A stretch of 64,000 bases of DNA from Podarcis melisellensis (Eukaryota): the NCBI GenBank assembly GCA_964234715.1, contig OZ174287.1; one strand, given 5' to 3'. The notes beneath the pieces are model-generated. The model worked only from the letters and a program-made list of their open reading frames with translations, was not told the origin of the DNA and did no database searches. Positions 23,081 to 36,712 of this stretch are shown piece after piece. Every line of letters starts with the position of its first letter. Within the stretch, counting starts at the first letter, position 1. The translations under genes were made by a program, and so were the position numbers.

Positions 23081-23694
23081 AGTCGCATCTGGTCCTGCAT
23101 TTAAGAAGCAGAGCGGATGAGATGAGACCTGCTTACGGGAATGACTCCAGTCAAGGGGTCATGGGGCTGGGGGAGACACTCCCCAGTTTTTGCCTTCTAC
23201 CCTAATTGCAGCTTTCATTCATAGTGCATTGTATCTTGCACCCCTAATTATGTTCTTTTTAGGAGCATAGGAAGCAGCCTTATACCTTGTAAGACCAATG
23301 TCCTTCTATCCCAGTATTTCATTGTTGGCTTGCGTGACAGAGCTCCTATTGATGCCATTCACCCTCCCATGCCCTTAAGGCAGTATCATTTAGAATGTTG
23401 TATTATTTTATTGTTGTTAGCTGCCCTGAGCCTGGTTTCGGCTGGGGAGGGTAGGATATACTGTAAATAAAAATTTATTATTATTCCAGTACATTTGGGG
23501 GTGGGCAGACAGGATGACTGCAACAAGGTAAGAATAGTGAGGTTCTTCCTACTGCAGGGCTCTATAGCAGTTATTATTATCATTTTCATTATTATAATAT
23601 ATACTCAAGGCAGCTTACAGATAAAAACAAGAACCACTAAATACATCAAGAAATCAAACCTTAAAATACAATTGAACATTGATACAATTTAAAC

Positions 23695-23830
23695 CAGGCA
23701 CCCCCAAACTCGGCTCTCCAGCTGTTTTGGGACTACAACTCCCATCATCCCTAGCTAACAGGACCAGTGATCAGGGATGATGGGAATTGTAGTCCCAAAA
23801 CAGCTGGCAGGCCGAGTTTGGGGATGCCTG
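23695..23830. mobile_element. hAT-type MITE
   Basis: TIRs caggcacccccaaactcgg/ccgagtttggggatgcctg; TSD atttaaac. Confidence 0.9.
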
Positions 23831-25176
23831 ATTTAAACTATGTACATACAGGCAACATGCGCCCCGTTGCACACATTCAACATGTGTGCTACCATGCACA
23901 TGTACATCAAGCTGAACGCAGAAGTGACCTGAAAATGCCACAGAAAGTGGCAGAATGGGGCAGGATTGGGGTGGAATGGGGTGTTTGCAATGGTGCTTTT
24001 TCAATGGTGCTTCAAGGATACACAATTTCACTGATGCATGTGATGCCTTGGAACGTAACCCCCATGTAAATGGGAGATTGCCTGTATATGAAATCTGTTT
24101 AAAACATACCGATAATTACAATAAAAATGGCAGTATGCCAGCCCTTTCCACTGCAGTAAGCTCAACCCCCCACAAACCATCAAAGGCTTTTCTTCTCCTC
24201 AAATCGTTTGGCTCACATTGGATTTCAAGGAGGGGCGAGTGACCTTGCACTTGGGTTGTTCTTTCAGGCTTCCCATTAGGGCTTCTGGCTGGCCACTGTC
24301 AGAGGCTGAACTAGATGGACCTTTGACATGATCCAAATTTTAAAGGTGGTTTTGCTGTGCTTTGTCTTGTTCACAGTTACAAAGCTGCATGGCTTTTTTG
24401 GATGTATCTGCGACTTCGAGATTAAAACGCAGTTGATTATAAATAAGGATGACAGTGCAACTCAGAATCACTTGGTATGATCAGTCGGTTGGGTGAAAAG
24501 GAAGATAATGGGTAACTCAAAGTCAATACTCTCCCTTTAATCACAACCTGTTTAAGAATATAAATAATGTTCACCAATTTCCAGTACTGCGCCAGTTTAA
24601 TGCAGCATTCAACTCAATGAGAAGTTTTGAAATGAATTTTTAACTTGGCAAAATATGTAATCCCCAGCACCAGCACTGAGGACACAAGTGTCTATGGAAG
24701 ACAACCCTCTATGGATGAACATTACCGCTTACAGATTTTAACTGAAGACCCTTTACTCTCATTTTTCTGTTCTCCAATGCTCCACTGATACTGGGTCTCC
24801 TCCAGATGTGAGGTGGGATTTAGAGCTGGGTCTCCCACACCCATCAATGGAGCTTAACTCAATGTCTCATTGATTCGAGCTGCCATTTCTGTGACTTGAA
24901 GCATTGAAGTCTATGGACGTGAACATCACCGTTAATGTTTCCCCCGCTTTTCTTAGGCAGTTCTCATTCTCTGTCCCCGACTGTTTAACCCGGGATGGGA
25001 GGAAACACCTGGGAGAGGAAGAGTGGGGAGAATGGAACATGGCATAGGTGTGTTTAAACTGAGGTGCTTTTCTTTTAAGCAGAACCAGGTATCCATAGTA
25101 TATCACTTTCATGTCACTGTTTTCTAACCACTCCCTCCTTTTTGTACAGGCCTCTGCTTCACTCTGTCCCAATGTG

Positions 25177-25366
25177 TCTGACTGTTGTGCAGTAATGCAT
25201 GGCTGTGTCTGCAGTTGTCACAGATCTCAGTTTCAGAAATGATTTGGTTTGTGAAGAATCCACAGAGATGGCGATGGAGCATAGTATGAGCTGGCAGTCC
25301 ACCCTCCCATCCATTTGAACCCTTTCCCGGGGGGTCTGTCGTACCCTGTGCCACCTGTAGCTGCTT
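25177..25366 (-). pseudogene. IGHV: IGHV pseudogene (short-CDR2 family), 5'-truncated and frameshifted
   Basis: ..[37 protein letters not shown]; FR1, leader and promoter deleted; RSS caatgtg(25170)-24-cctttttgt. Confidence 0.9.
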
Positions 25367-25536
25367 GTCCTCGAATAAAGAGCTGCAGTCCTTATGTGGA
25401 AGTCATTACATGTAAGGCCAGGGAGCTTGTAGCTTTGAGGCTCCTTCCCTCCAAGAACCTCTTTTGTGAGACTTTGCAGGTGGTTGTCAGTCTGGCGATT
25501 TGAGAGATTGTTGTTTGCTTTGGAAAGGATCGTCTC

Positions 25537-25555
25537 TGCTGCCACCTGCTAGACA
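25537..25555 (-). promoter_or_regulatory. CTCF-like motif in V cluster
   Basis: TGTCTAGCAGGTGGCAGCA; decayed paralogs at ~29490 and ~38873. Confidence 0.45.
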
Positions 25556-25948
25556 AGGAGAATATAGCTGAGGGCTGGTCTGAGAGGTCATAAAAGCAAT
25601 TTATTTCATATAGTTTATTAAGCATGGATGACACTGTCATCATAATTGAGCCTAAGAAGTGAGAGGCAATCACTTAATAACATTTAAAGTGGGAGCTGAC
25701 TCCATAAAAGTCAAAAAGAAACCTAAGCCAATCCGAGCACAGCGTACCCTCAACACTTCTCAGAATTTCTGCTGCCCAAAGAAAGTGGCTGAAGCATTTT
25801 GCTCTCAAAGGGGGTGCAGATATTCAGCACAAATTTAGCTGGATTCAATGGATGTCTGTTGGTGACAGGGATCTATCAGTTCCTGTACCAAGAGGTGGAG
25901 TCTGAGGGTGGATCTTGCAGGGATGCTTCCTTGCTTTGGTTCACTGTG

Positions 25949-26406
25949 TCTCTCGCCTCGCACAGCAAAATACACTGCTGTGTCTGCAGCTGTTGGGGAG
26001 CTCAGCTGGAGATACACTTCATTTCTGGAGATGTCCCTGGAGATGCTGACTCGACTTCTCAGTGCTGAATTGATCTCAGTGGTTCCTCCATTTGCAGTGT
26101 TGCGAATGAATGCTACCCATTCCAGCCCTTTCTCTGGAGGCTGCCGGATCCAGTTCCAGTAATAATCACTGATTTGAACCCCAGAATCTCTGCAGGTCAG
26201 TTTGAAGGACTCCCCAGGTTTCACCAGTCCTGGACCAGACTCAATTATCTGTGGAGTGGAGCAGATGCCTATAAAGGAATGCAGAAATTGTGTCATAATC
26301 GGGAATCTTTTTCCATTGGGTTCAACATTTTTGTTTTTATTCCAAAGAATAAATCCTCACCAGGGGAGATGCTTAGGACAATGAGGAAAAGCAACATCAA
26401 ACTCAT
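25949..26406 (-). pseudogene. IGHV: IGHV lacking second conserved Cys (leader 26406-26361, V exon 26268-25949)
   Basis: Open frame but ends VYFAVRGER; RSS cactgtg(25942)-23-ggatcttgc; octamer mutated (atttgcct 26592). Confidence 0.88.
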
Positions 26407-26413
26407 ATCTCCC

Positions 26414-26482
26414 TCCTTCCTTCCTTCCTTCCTTCCTTCCTTCCTTCCTTCCTTCCTTCCTTCCTTCCTTCCTTCCTTCCTC
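26414..26482. repeat. (CCTT)n microsatellite in VH 5'UTR
   Basis: (GGAA)n on the sense strand just 5' of the ATG. Confidence 0.9.
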
Positions 26483-27554
26483 CCTCCCCCCCTCTCTCCC
26501 CTTTAAATTTAGTAAGGAGTGAATGGGACTCAGCCAGGCCAGGGTGTCACACTGGGCAATCCTATTTAAACAGAAGGAGGCTGGTGGGGTGATTTGCCTA
26601 GAGGGCGTTCTGTTGTGTCAGGACCTGCATTTAAGAAGCAAAGAGGAGCAAAGGAGACTCAGTCGCAAGAATGTCTCCAAGCGATGGATTGGGTGGGTGG
26701 GTAGGGACTCCCCCAAATTTTGCCTTTTACCGAATTGCTCTTCCGCCATTCATTCATGGCAGATGTTCTTCACTTAAGCAAGTTCTTTTATGAATATAGG
26801 AAGCAACCTACGAGTTCTTTTAGGAGGATCAGAAAATTGCCTAGTAAGTCCATCTGCCATTGCTTCCACTGACTGGCAAGCAGCTCTCCAAGGAGAGGAC
26901 CCCCACCCCCCAAAATATTGTCTTCTATCTTAATAGCTCTTCCAGCTTTCATTCATGGTGCACTGTATTTATCCTACCTAAGGACATTCTTTTAGGAGCA
27001 TAGGAAACCTCTGTATGCCTAGTAAGACCACTATCCATCTAGTTCAGTGTTATCTACATTGACTGGCAGAGCTCTCCAGGGTTGCAAACTGCAATCTCTC
27101 CCAGGGATTGAATGTGGGACTTTCTGTACACTAAGATCTACCAGTCAGCCACAGCCTTTCCAACGACTTTGCTCCATCAAGTAGATATTTCTGAATCAAA
27201 CAATTGACGCTTGCTGGGTTTCTGGACTGAATGAAAATGGTCTCGCTTAATCACTCTTTCCCCCACTTTCACGGGGTTTGCAGTTTGTGCTGCAGGCTGT
27301 TGTCACTGTCTAAAAAGGCAATTTCCCCCCTAAGCCTTGAGTTGTGTCTCATGCACTCATCAATGGCTCTCGTGGAGCTTAGCTTAGCAGCTGATTTTGT
27401 GGTTGAACGCATGGAGTTCTACAACATGAGACCCTCCCCCTTTATCCTGCTTCTCTTTTCTTAATGCAATTCTCCTTCCTTGCCACAGTTAGGGTCAACT
27501 TGGGATGTGGAGAATGGAGAGAAAGGGGCACAACTTCAGTGATTTAAAAATGAT

Positions 27555-27901
27555 GTAAACGGCCTCAGTCCTGTATACATGAAGGAGCGTCTCCACCCCC
27601 ATTGTTCAGCCCGGACACTGAGATTCAAAGCCGAGGGCCTTCTGGCGGTTCCCTCATTGCGAGAAGTGAGGTTACAGGGAACCAGAAAGAGGGCCTTCTC
27701 GGTAGTGGCGCCCACCCTGTGGAACACCTCCCTTCAGATGTGAAGGGAATAAGCAGCTATCCTATTTTTAAAAGACATCTGAAGGCAGCCCTGTTTAGGG
27801 AGGTTTTTAATATTTAACACTGTACTGTTTTTAACTCTTGATTGGGAGTCGCCCAGAGTGGATGGGGAAACTCAGCCAGATGGGCAGGGAAAATAATATT
27901 A

Positions 27902-27943
<42 letters not shown>
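27555..27943 (+). mobile_element. L2 LINE 3' fragment with (TAT)n tail
   Basis: Homologous to 44905-45355. Confidence 0.85.
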
Positions 27944-27945
<2 letters not shown>

Positions 27946-28042
27946 TTTTAAGCAGAACCGAGAATCTATAGTACATTGCTTTCTATTTTCTAACCACTTC
28001 CCCCTTTTTGTACAGGCCTCTGCTTCAATCTGTCCCACTGTG

Positions 28043-28605
28043 CTTGTTGCACAATAATACATGGCTGTGTCTGCAGCTGTCACAGCGCTCAGTCTCAGAA
28101 AATATTTGGTTTGGGAAGAATCAACAGAGATGGTGATTCGGTCACGGAGAGATGGTGCATAATATGTGCCCCCAGTCCACATTCCCATCCATTCGAGTCC
28201 TTTCCCAGGGCTCTGTCGTACCCAGTTCCAATAGTAGCTGCTTGTCACAGAGCGCCCAGTGACCGTACATGTCAGCTCGAGGGTCTCTCCTGGTCTCACT
28301 GTTCCTTGTCTAGATTCCTTCAATGTGACCTGGGAGAAAACACCTGAAGGGATGGGGGGGGGGGAAGGAAAACCAGAGTTAAGCAGTAGGCCCAGCCAGA
28401 ACTTTAAGGCTATTTCTTGCACAGTTTTATCATTGCTCGTTTAATCCAAAACACATGGGTCATGAGAATTGCTATACCATTAAGTATCCTAAGTAATATT
28501 CAGGATAGTTCATTTAATGAGATGTGGAAGGGTTGGAGAATGTGTTAGGAGATACTTACCTGGGAGCAGGGCCAAGAGGAAGAGGGGGACCAAGAGCAGC
28601 ATCAT
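28043..28605 (-). CDS. IGHV: IGHV, intact, short-CDR2 family (leader 28605-28560, V exon 28343-28043)
   Basis: [16 protein letters not shown] / [31 protein letters not shown]; RSS cactgtg(28036)-24-cctttttgt; octamer 28751. Confidence 0.95.
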
Positions 28606-28723
28606 TGTTATTTTATTTTATCCAGAGAGGAGAAAAGTAATAACAGGAATGAAAAAGAATAATGCTGTAATGTGAGAGCCTTTCTCCTCAGCTGCAATGT
28701 AACTAACTTACCAAGGAGCCTAT

Positions 28724-28758
28724 TATTTGAATTTGGGAGGCAGTGAGAGAATTTGCAT
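28724..28758 (-). promoter_or_regulatory. VH promoter: TTCAAATA + octamer (28751-28758)
   Basis: tatttgaa...atttgcat. Confidence 0.85.
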
Positions 28759-30016
28759 AATGTAAAAAACACCCCACATAATAAAGGCCAGAACACCATT
28801 TGGAGCCTATAGGTGTCAGTATTACTTCTTGCGTTGAGATGAGCACATTGAGTGGATGTCTATGTAAACATACAACATAAATATCATATCATATATCCTC
28901 TAACATTACTCTGATGAAAATTGGGGTGTGTGTATTTTGGTATGGTGCTACTGTGCGAGTTACTTGTCTTGCACGAGAGTGCAACACCACCGTAAGCACA
29001 AGTGCTGGCTCACCCTTTTCCCCAAGCTCAGTGTGGCTGGAGGGGGGAAACGGGACATTCTGGGGCAATAAGGAGCCGGGATGGCTTCTATTATTCTGGG
29101 ATGCCCTGGGACACTTGAAGGTTGTGTAATATAGTACTATGTGGGAAAGGATGGAACAGTGCAAAATGACACAAGACACCCATCGAGGAGTGGAGGAGAG
29201 CACAGACCAGATTGTGCTGAAACATCCACCAAGCCTTAGCAATGATACCCTTTGCTTGTGATGGGCTGTAGGCTATGTTGGCCTCTAGAAGGGGACAAGT
29301 GTGCAGATCCATTTCGCACCCCTTCCGATAAAGAGCTGCAGTCCTTATGTGGAAGTCATTACATGTAAGGCCAGGGAGCTTGTAGCTTTGAGGCTCCTTC
29401 CCTCCAAGAACCTCTTTTATGAGACTTTGCAGGTGATTGTCAGTCTAGAGATTTGAGAGATTGTCATTTGCTTTGGAAAGGATTGTCTCTGCTGCCAACT
29501 GCTTGACAGAGAGAATATAGCTCAGGGCTGGTCTGAGAGGTCATAAAAGCAATTTATTTTATGTGGTTTAACAGACATAGGTTACACTGTAATTGTGCCT
29601 AAGAAGTGAGAGGCAATCACTTAGAATAGAATAATAGAATCATAGAGTTGGAATAGACCACAAGGGCCATTTAGTCCAACCCCCTGCCAAGCAAATAAAT
29701 AAAAATAAATAAATAAATATTTTTTAAAAAATAAAATTTAAAGTGGGATCTGATGCCATAAAATACAAAAAGCAACCTAAGCCAATCCAAGCACAGCATA
29801 CCCTCAACACTTCTCAGAATTTCTGCTGTCCAAAGAATGTGGCTGAACATTACCCTCACCATTTTGCCCTCAATTGGGGTGCAGATTTTCAGCACAAATT
29901 TAGCTGCATTCATTCAATGAATGTCTGTTGGTGACAGGGATCTATCAGTTCCTGTGCAAGGGGTTGAGTCTGAGGGTGGATCTTGCATGGATGCTTCCTT
30001 GTTTTGGTTCACTGTG

Positions 30017-30459
30017 TCTCTTGCACAGTAATACATTGCAGTTTCTGCAGCTGTTGGGGAGCTCAGCTGGAGATACACTTCATTTCTGGAGATGTCCCTG
30101 GAGATGCGGGCTCGACTTCTCAGTGCTGAATTGATATCAGTGGTTCCTTGATTTGCAGTGTTGCGAATAAGTGCTATCCATTCCAGCCCTTTCCCTGGAG
30201 GCTGCCGGATCCAGTGCCAGAAATAATTATCAAGCTGAACCCCAGAATCTCTGCAGGTCAGTTTGAAGGACTCCCCAGGTTTCACCAGTCCTGGACCAGA
30301 CTCGATTATCTGTGCAGTGGAGCGGATGCCTATAAAAGAATGCAGAAATTATTTCATAACCGGGAATCTCTCAGCGTTGGGTTCAACATTTTTGTTTTTA
30401 TTCTAAAGAATAAAGAATAAATCCTCACCAGAGGAGATGCTTAGGACAATGAGGAAAAG
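30017..30459 (-). CDS. IGHV: IGHV, intact V exon 30329-30017; leader 3' part 30459-30429, start codon in gap
   Basis: ..[29 protein letters not shown]; RSS cactgtg(30010)-23-ggatcttgc; octamer mutated (atttgcct 30844). Confidence 0.88.
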
Positions 30460-30750
30460 NNNNNNNNNNNNNNNNNNNNNNNNNNNNNNNNNNNNNNNNN
30501 NNNNNNNNNNNNNNNNNNNNNNNNNNNNNNNNNNNNNNNNNNNNNNNNNNNNNNNNNNNNNNNNNNNNNNNNNNNNNNNNNNNNNNNNNNNNNNNNNNNN
30601 NNNNNNNNNNNNNNNNNNNNNNNNNNNNNNNNNNNNNNNNNNNNNNNNNNNNNNNNNNNNNNNNNNNNNNNNNNNNNNNNNNNNNNNNNNNNNNNNNNNN
30701 NNNNNNNNNNNNNNNNNNNNNNNNNNNNNNNNNNNNNNNNNNNNNNNNNN
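30460..30750. other. Assembly gap (N run)
   Basis: Run of n at the position where paralogs carry a 5'UTR microsatellite. Confidence 1.
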
Positions 30751-31754
30751 CCCTTTAGCTTTAGTAGGGAGTGAATGGGACTCAACCATGCCATGGAGCC
30801 ACAAAGGACAATGCTATTTAAACAGAAGTAGGTGGGTGGGGTGATTTGCCTAGAGGGCGTTCTGTTGTGTCTGGTCCTGCATTTAAGAAGCAAAGAGGAG
30901 AAAAGGAGACTCAGTTGCAGGGATGACTCCAAGAAATGGTTGGGTGGCATCTCCCAAAATATTGCCTTTCACTGAATTGCTCTTCCACCTTTCATTCACA
31001 CCGTACTTTCCTCACTTAAGCAGGTTCTTTTTTGAATATAGGAAGCCTCCTAGTTTTTTTAGGATCCTAGGAAAATTGCCTAGGAAGTCCATCTAGCTTA
31101 GTATTACTTAGACTGGCTGGCAGCAGCTGTCCAAGGTTTGTAACTGGGGAGAGGACCTTTCGCTGATGCTTTTTGCTTGTGATTTGCTATGGCCTCTTTG
31201 AAGGAAGCAAATATGCAGATTCTTAGAATGTAGAGGGAGAGAGAGTAAAGTGTGCATAAAAAAACATTTATTTGTGAAATGCATTAAACTATGGAAATGT
31301 GTGTATTGGGCAATATCGCATACAAAAATAAAGATGTGGCTGTCATGGAGCTCAGCTAGAGGGATAACTCATCCTCTGAATATTCAGTGGAGAATAGTTA
31401 TGGGTAAAAGATGGGTCAGCCATGCAATAAATAAAGGCCCGATAAACCAATTTATCTCTCTCCCCCGCACACTAAAGTTACCAGATTTTTTCCAATGAAT
31501 CCGGGAATACTTTTCAATTTCCTACTAAACAGATGGATTTTGTCAGGGGGCTGATTTGTAAATCGGGGGATTGTCCCCAGGAGCTTTCCCTGTGAAAACC
31601 TGCTCTTCACCCCTGAGTCAAACGACAAACCCTGGGAAACCCACATTGCTTTTTGTTGTGTACCTGCTTTAAAGAATGGGTTTTCGTTTGGTTCAAAAAA
31701 GATAGCTTTAAAGTGTGGACCTGTGCTTGGAAAGTGTGGGGTAAAGGTATGTGT

Positions 31755-31895
31755 GGCTAAGCCCTGGCTGTCAGTAGCTCTCCAAGGTTTTAGGCAGGAA
31801 TTCCTTCCCAGCCCTGCCTGGAGATGCCTGGGAGTGAATCTGGGATGTTTCTGCCTGCAAAGCACATGCTCTGCCCCTGAGCTACTGCCCTTCCC
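31755..31895 (-). mobile_element. tRNA-derived SINE (duplicated at 47225-47365)
   Basis: Reverse-complement gtagctcaggggcagagca head. Confidence 0.65.
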
Positions 31896-32041
31896 AAAAT
31901 TGTTTTGATCTGCATTTGAAGAAGAGTGGAGCAGAAATGTTTTACGATGAGCAATCAAGCATGAAATATTGAATCTGCGTAGGAGGCCGAATGACTCTGC
32001 GCAGTTTGTGTCTGGATGCTCCATTGCCTTGCCCCAGAGTG

Positions 32042-32845
32042 CTGCTCTGTCCCTTGCACAGTAATACACAGCATTGTCTGCAGCTGTGAGGGATCTCAAC
32101 AGAAGATAGAATTCATTTTTGGAGGCGTCCCTGGTGATACTGATTCGGGAGCTAAACTTGGAACTGTAGTATCCGTTTCCTCCCGCAGCCACACTCTGAA
32201 TGCTGCCCAGCCACTCCAGACTTTTCCCTGGAGTCTGTCGGTTCCAGCCCCAGTACCAGCCACTCACTTCAGCACCAGAGACAGCGCAGGTCAGCTGGAG
32301 GGGCTCCCAGGCCAGACTGGGTCAGATGCACACTGCAGAAGACACCTGAACAAAGCGAGAGAAATTAGTTCCACTCCGTGGAGGATCTCTGAATTGGCTT
32401 CATAGGATTGCATCCTAAGACATCAGTTAAGAAATTTTAGGGACGGGAAGTCCTCCAACCTCTTCTCCCTTCTTGATCTCTGAAATGCATCATTGGAAAG
32501 GAAGCCTTTTGCTCAACGTTGGACTGGGCACTGCGGTCTGCTGAAAGATGGGGGAATTATCCCAAATTATTTGGACCCTTGCCTGATATTGGGAAATTTC
32601 TCCCCCCCCCCCAGCTCCCTTGCATTATATCACCCATTGTCCATCTTCCCATCCCCAATACTCTAGGGATGGCTTATTTTTTGTTGGTGAAAGAAACCTA
32701 ATGTCACCATGAATTGTCCTGAAGTTAGTTCACCTTAGGCTTCAAGTGTTTGGACCCAATTTTGTCCAGTGCGTAATTGGTCCAGTATAAAATCCTCACC
32801 TGGGCAGATACTCAGTAAAAGGAGAAGAAACATCAGAGATCTCAT
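32042..32845 (-). pseudogene. IGHV: IGHV pseudogene, 17-nt FR1 deletion (leader 32845-32800, V exon 32345-32042)
   Basis: Paralog of V47510 missing gctgtccaggcttcact, causing a frameshift; RSS cagagtg(32035)-23-agtttgtgt; octamer lost. Confidence 0.9.
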
Positions 32846-34297
32846 TTCTTTCTCCACTCACTCACTCCTCTCTCTTTCTGAATGAATGGAAGGCTGTGGA
32901 GCAAGGCTGAAGGGCTGTATTTAAAGAGGAGGAACCCGCCCGACAGATTTGTTTAAAGTGAGCAGAGTGTATGAAACAAGGAGGATAAAAGGAGGCTTTG
33001 CTCCTTAGATGGCAACAACACAATTTTAAAGCTGGGGTTTAAAGTTATCGGGCTGTGGGTGTGATATGGAGGTTCTGAAGGTGTGGGAAAATATATACTT
33101 GTTGGTGGGTTAAAACAGTTTATTGATTGCAGGGCCATTTGACCATCATTAAAATACAAAACCCAATTAATAAAACAATGTGCAAAACATCCTTAACAAG
33201 AAGCAGATGGAAATAGAAAGGCAGTTTCTGAAACAGCTGTACAAATAGGAATGTTTCATCCAAGTGCCTAAAATACAACAATATTGGGCTGCCTCTTTGG
33301 AATTGCCCCTCTGGAAGAGACTGCTTGGTTGCTTTGCAGGGAAGGCGTATAATATAGTGATATGCTTGGGAAGCTGACTGCCTGTTTGCTTCTGAGCTCA
33401 AATCAAGGTGCTCACAGTCCAAGAGGTGGTATGCCTCTCAACACTAGTTCCTGGAAATCAGAAGTGGTTTGTGTGTGTGTTCTTGTGCTCAAATCCTGTT
33501 TGTGGGCATTTCATAGGCATATCGTTGGCCATTGTGAAAACAGGATATAGGACTATGAGCAAAGGGGTCCCTCACTTCCCTGGAGAAAGAAGTCTCTATG
33601 GCACACCCTAAGTTATGGAATTCCCTCCCAATAGACGTGCTTCTGCCTTCTTCACCATTTAGCTTTTGGCAAATGTTGAAGATGGACTTATTTTCTCCGG
33701 CCTTTGACACCAGAGATGAGGGTTTTCAGAGCGCACCTTATGCCTGCGATTGTGATTGTAATTGGTTTTAACTGTTTTTAATTTAATTTAATTTTAAAAG
33801 GGTTGTAATGGTGATGATAGTTTGAAGAGGATAAGCAGAAAGTCCTCACAATTTCAAAGCAGACCTTGCCATCAGTAACAGGAGGGTAAATCTGCCAGAT
33901 TCAGTCACCTCCATTACTCATTTGTTCCAAACTCAAGTTCCATTTTCCTCATTTCTGCATCAGTCTGATATACGTGTGTTTGTGTGTGTTTACAAAAATT
34001 CATCTGCATGTTTTGCGTGAAATCTCCCTGACATAATGCATTGCTGTATGTCTTCTTTATCAACATTTGCATTTCATACACACTTTTTCTAGATATATGG
34101 AGTTCCATGCCCTTTTTAAAAAATTGGAGAACTGCAATGCAAAATTCTAAGAAATGCAAATTTCAAAGGGTTGCTGTGTCTCAGATTGCATCCTGTTTCA
34201 AGAAGTGCTAATAATGTTGATTTGTATCAAAATACAAACTGAAGCAGACTTCTGCCTCATCCCTATCTGCAGGACAGAGCCCTCTGTTCATATGAAA

Positions 34298-34316
34298 TGC
34301 TGCCACTTACTGGTCT
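34298..34316 (-). promoter_or_regulatory. CTCF-like motif
   Basis: AGACCAGTAAGTGGCAGCA; flanks homologous to the 59502 site. Confidence 0.45.
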
Positions 34317-35258
34317 ATAACTGGATGCACAATACTTTGAGCTGAATAAAAGGATCCAATTGTTCAGAGTAATCACATTTTTTCTTCCACTTTCTCAGTA
34401 AGCACAAGCCTATCAGGTTTCTAAATGAGCCTTGCGAGGATCAATTTTGTATTTCCCTTTTTCTACTCAAGAAGGGTTGGAAGAGAGACTGGTGAGAGGA
34501 GTATCTGGGGTGAGTCCTGAGGGCCACCTAGAGAGGCATGGAGGGCCACATTTAGTTCCTGGGTCCAAGGTTTCCTACCCGTGCCTTAATGGGACTCTGG
34601 TATAATTGCCTCCTAAAACCAAGAAGGCAAGACTTCAAAGCATTCCAAGGTAAATGTGTTTCTGTATTTGGGAAGAGAGAGAGAGACAACATAGGTATGG
34701 CATCCTTTGTTGGAACCCAAACACAGTCCCAATAACTAAGGGAATTGATAGCCCATTGGATCTGGGAAGTTCAGAGGTACTGGATTGAGCTGGTACCCAG
34801 CTGGGAGAGCACCATTTCCCTCCCAACTCAGCCTTAATGATTCCTTCTCTCTGAGTAGCACACACTAGAGGTTCCATCACTTATGCAACCAGTTATGGAA
34901 GCCCTTTACTCTGCACAGTGGTTCACTGGTACCAGTGATGCAAAGCAGTTTATCAGCCTGTGTGTTGGTCCCACCCCAGGCAGTAGAAGGAATCACAATT
35001 TCTGATTGGAGAATGATGCTGAGTGCAACACTTCTCTCATAATAGCCATTTCCTCTTCTTTCCCTGTATGAGAATTTGAACTATACCTGAGTAATGAACC
35101 CTGAGACTATGCTATGGGAATAAGCAAGTTTTCAATGGCTTTTGTGGGACTCTATGGGACAATGAATGTGTCCTCCATCAACCCTCTTTGCCTGCCATAG
35201 TGATGGGATATATTGTGTAGGTTCATGGATGGACGCTTCATTGCTTTACTTCACTGTG

Positions 35259-35714
35259 TCTCGTGCACAAAAATACACAGCGGTGTCTGCAGCTGTTGGG
35301 GAATTCAGCTGAAGATACACTTCATTTCTGGAGGTGTCCCTGGTGATAGAAATCCGACTACTGAATGCTGGGTTATAATAGGTGGTTCCTCCAGCTGCAG
35401 AGCTCCGAATAGCACCAATAAACTCCAGGCCTTTCCCTGGAGGCTGCCGGTTCCAGACCCAGTTATAATCACTGACTTGGAAACCAGAGATAGTGCAGGT
35501 CAGTTTGAAGGACTCGCCTGGCTTCACCACTCCTGGGCCAGACTCGATTAGCTGTGGACTGGACAGAATGCCTGCAAAACAGAAAGGGCAGATGTTAGAC
35601 TTCTCATATGACCTCACTTTGGGTTGAATTCAATATTTTTTGTTTTTACACTGAGCATAAATGCTCACCAGGTGAGGTGCTTAGGAGAATGAGCAAAATG
35701 GACAAAGATCTCAT
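35259..35714 (-). CDS. IGHV: IGHV, intact ORF, weak RSS nonamer (leader 35714-35669, V exon 35571-35259)
   Basis: [16 protein letters not shown] / [20 protein letters not shown]; cactgtg(35252)-23-ggttcatgg; octamer 35833. Confidence 0.93.
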
Positions 35715-36633
35715 ATTTTCCTCCCTTAATCACTCAGTCCTTTGTTTATTATAAACAGGGTGTATGAGTCTCAGTCAGGTCATCAAGCACCTTTGAATGG
35801 CACTCTTTAAAAAGGAGGAGTGTGCTTGGCATATTTGCATAATGGGAAGTCCATCCAATTCTGTTCTGCATTTAAGGATCAGAAGCTAAAAGGAGGAGCA
35901 CTTGACAAGGTTGCCAGATGAATAAACCATAAAGTAGTAGTATTAGTAGTGATATTTATATTCTTCCATTCCCCCAGACTGGGACTCAAAGCAGCTTCCA
36001 CTAAACAAAACAAAATAAATAAAATAAAATAAAATACAAAGAGCTAAAAACTCAAAGCAGCTTCTACAGAACAAAACAAAGCAAATAAAATGCAAAAAGC
36101 TAAAAACTTATTTCAAAGATAATACATAAAAAGTCATCAAACTCTGATAGAACTAAAGCAGCATAAAAACAACGTAGGCATTTAGAAAACCACACATTGA
36201 AGTTAAGCAAAAGTCTGAAACTCTCAGATTTCATAGTTGCTTCCTGTAAAACAGTCCCTTTAACTACTACGGATTGACACTTATTGATGTAAAATGGTTG
36301 ACAAAATTGTCAGCAAATTAATATGCCATTAGATTCAAAGTAACTTATTAACTTATCTGAAAGGAGTAGACTCTAAGGGTAAAGGAAAAAATATATGGTT
36401 GAAGCAGCACATCTCCTGTATGATGTAGGATTCTTTGGAGTGGTGATACCTGGAACTGAGTTTGCTCTGATGAAAGGGAGAAGTGTCTTTATTTATCATT
36501 CTCTATAGTAGCAAACTCAGGCAGCGGTGCGCCCTGTCATCCTGAAGGAGAAATGGGGCAATCCAAAAATAAGGTATTGGCCTGTATGTACTTGGGAGAG
36601 TCTTTAGATAAGCAGAAGTGTGGACGTTTGTAA

Positions 36634-36669
36634 AATAATAATAACAATAAATAACAATAAATAACAATA

Positions 36670-36711
<42 letters not shown>
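36634..36711. repeat. (AAT)n microsatellite
   Basis: Seen directly. Confidence 0.9.
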
Positions 36712-36712
<1 letters not shown>
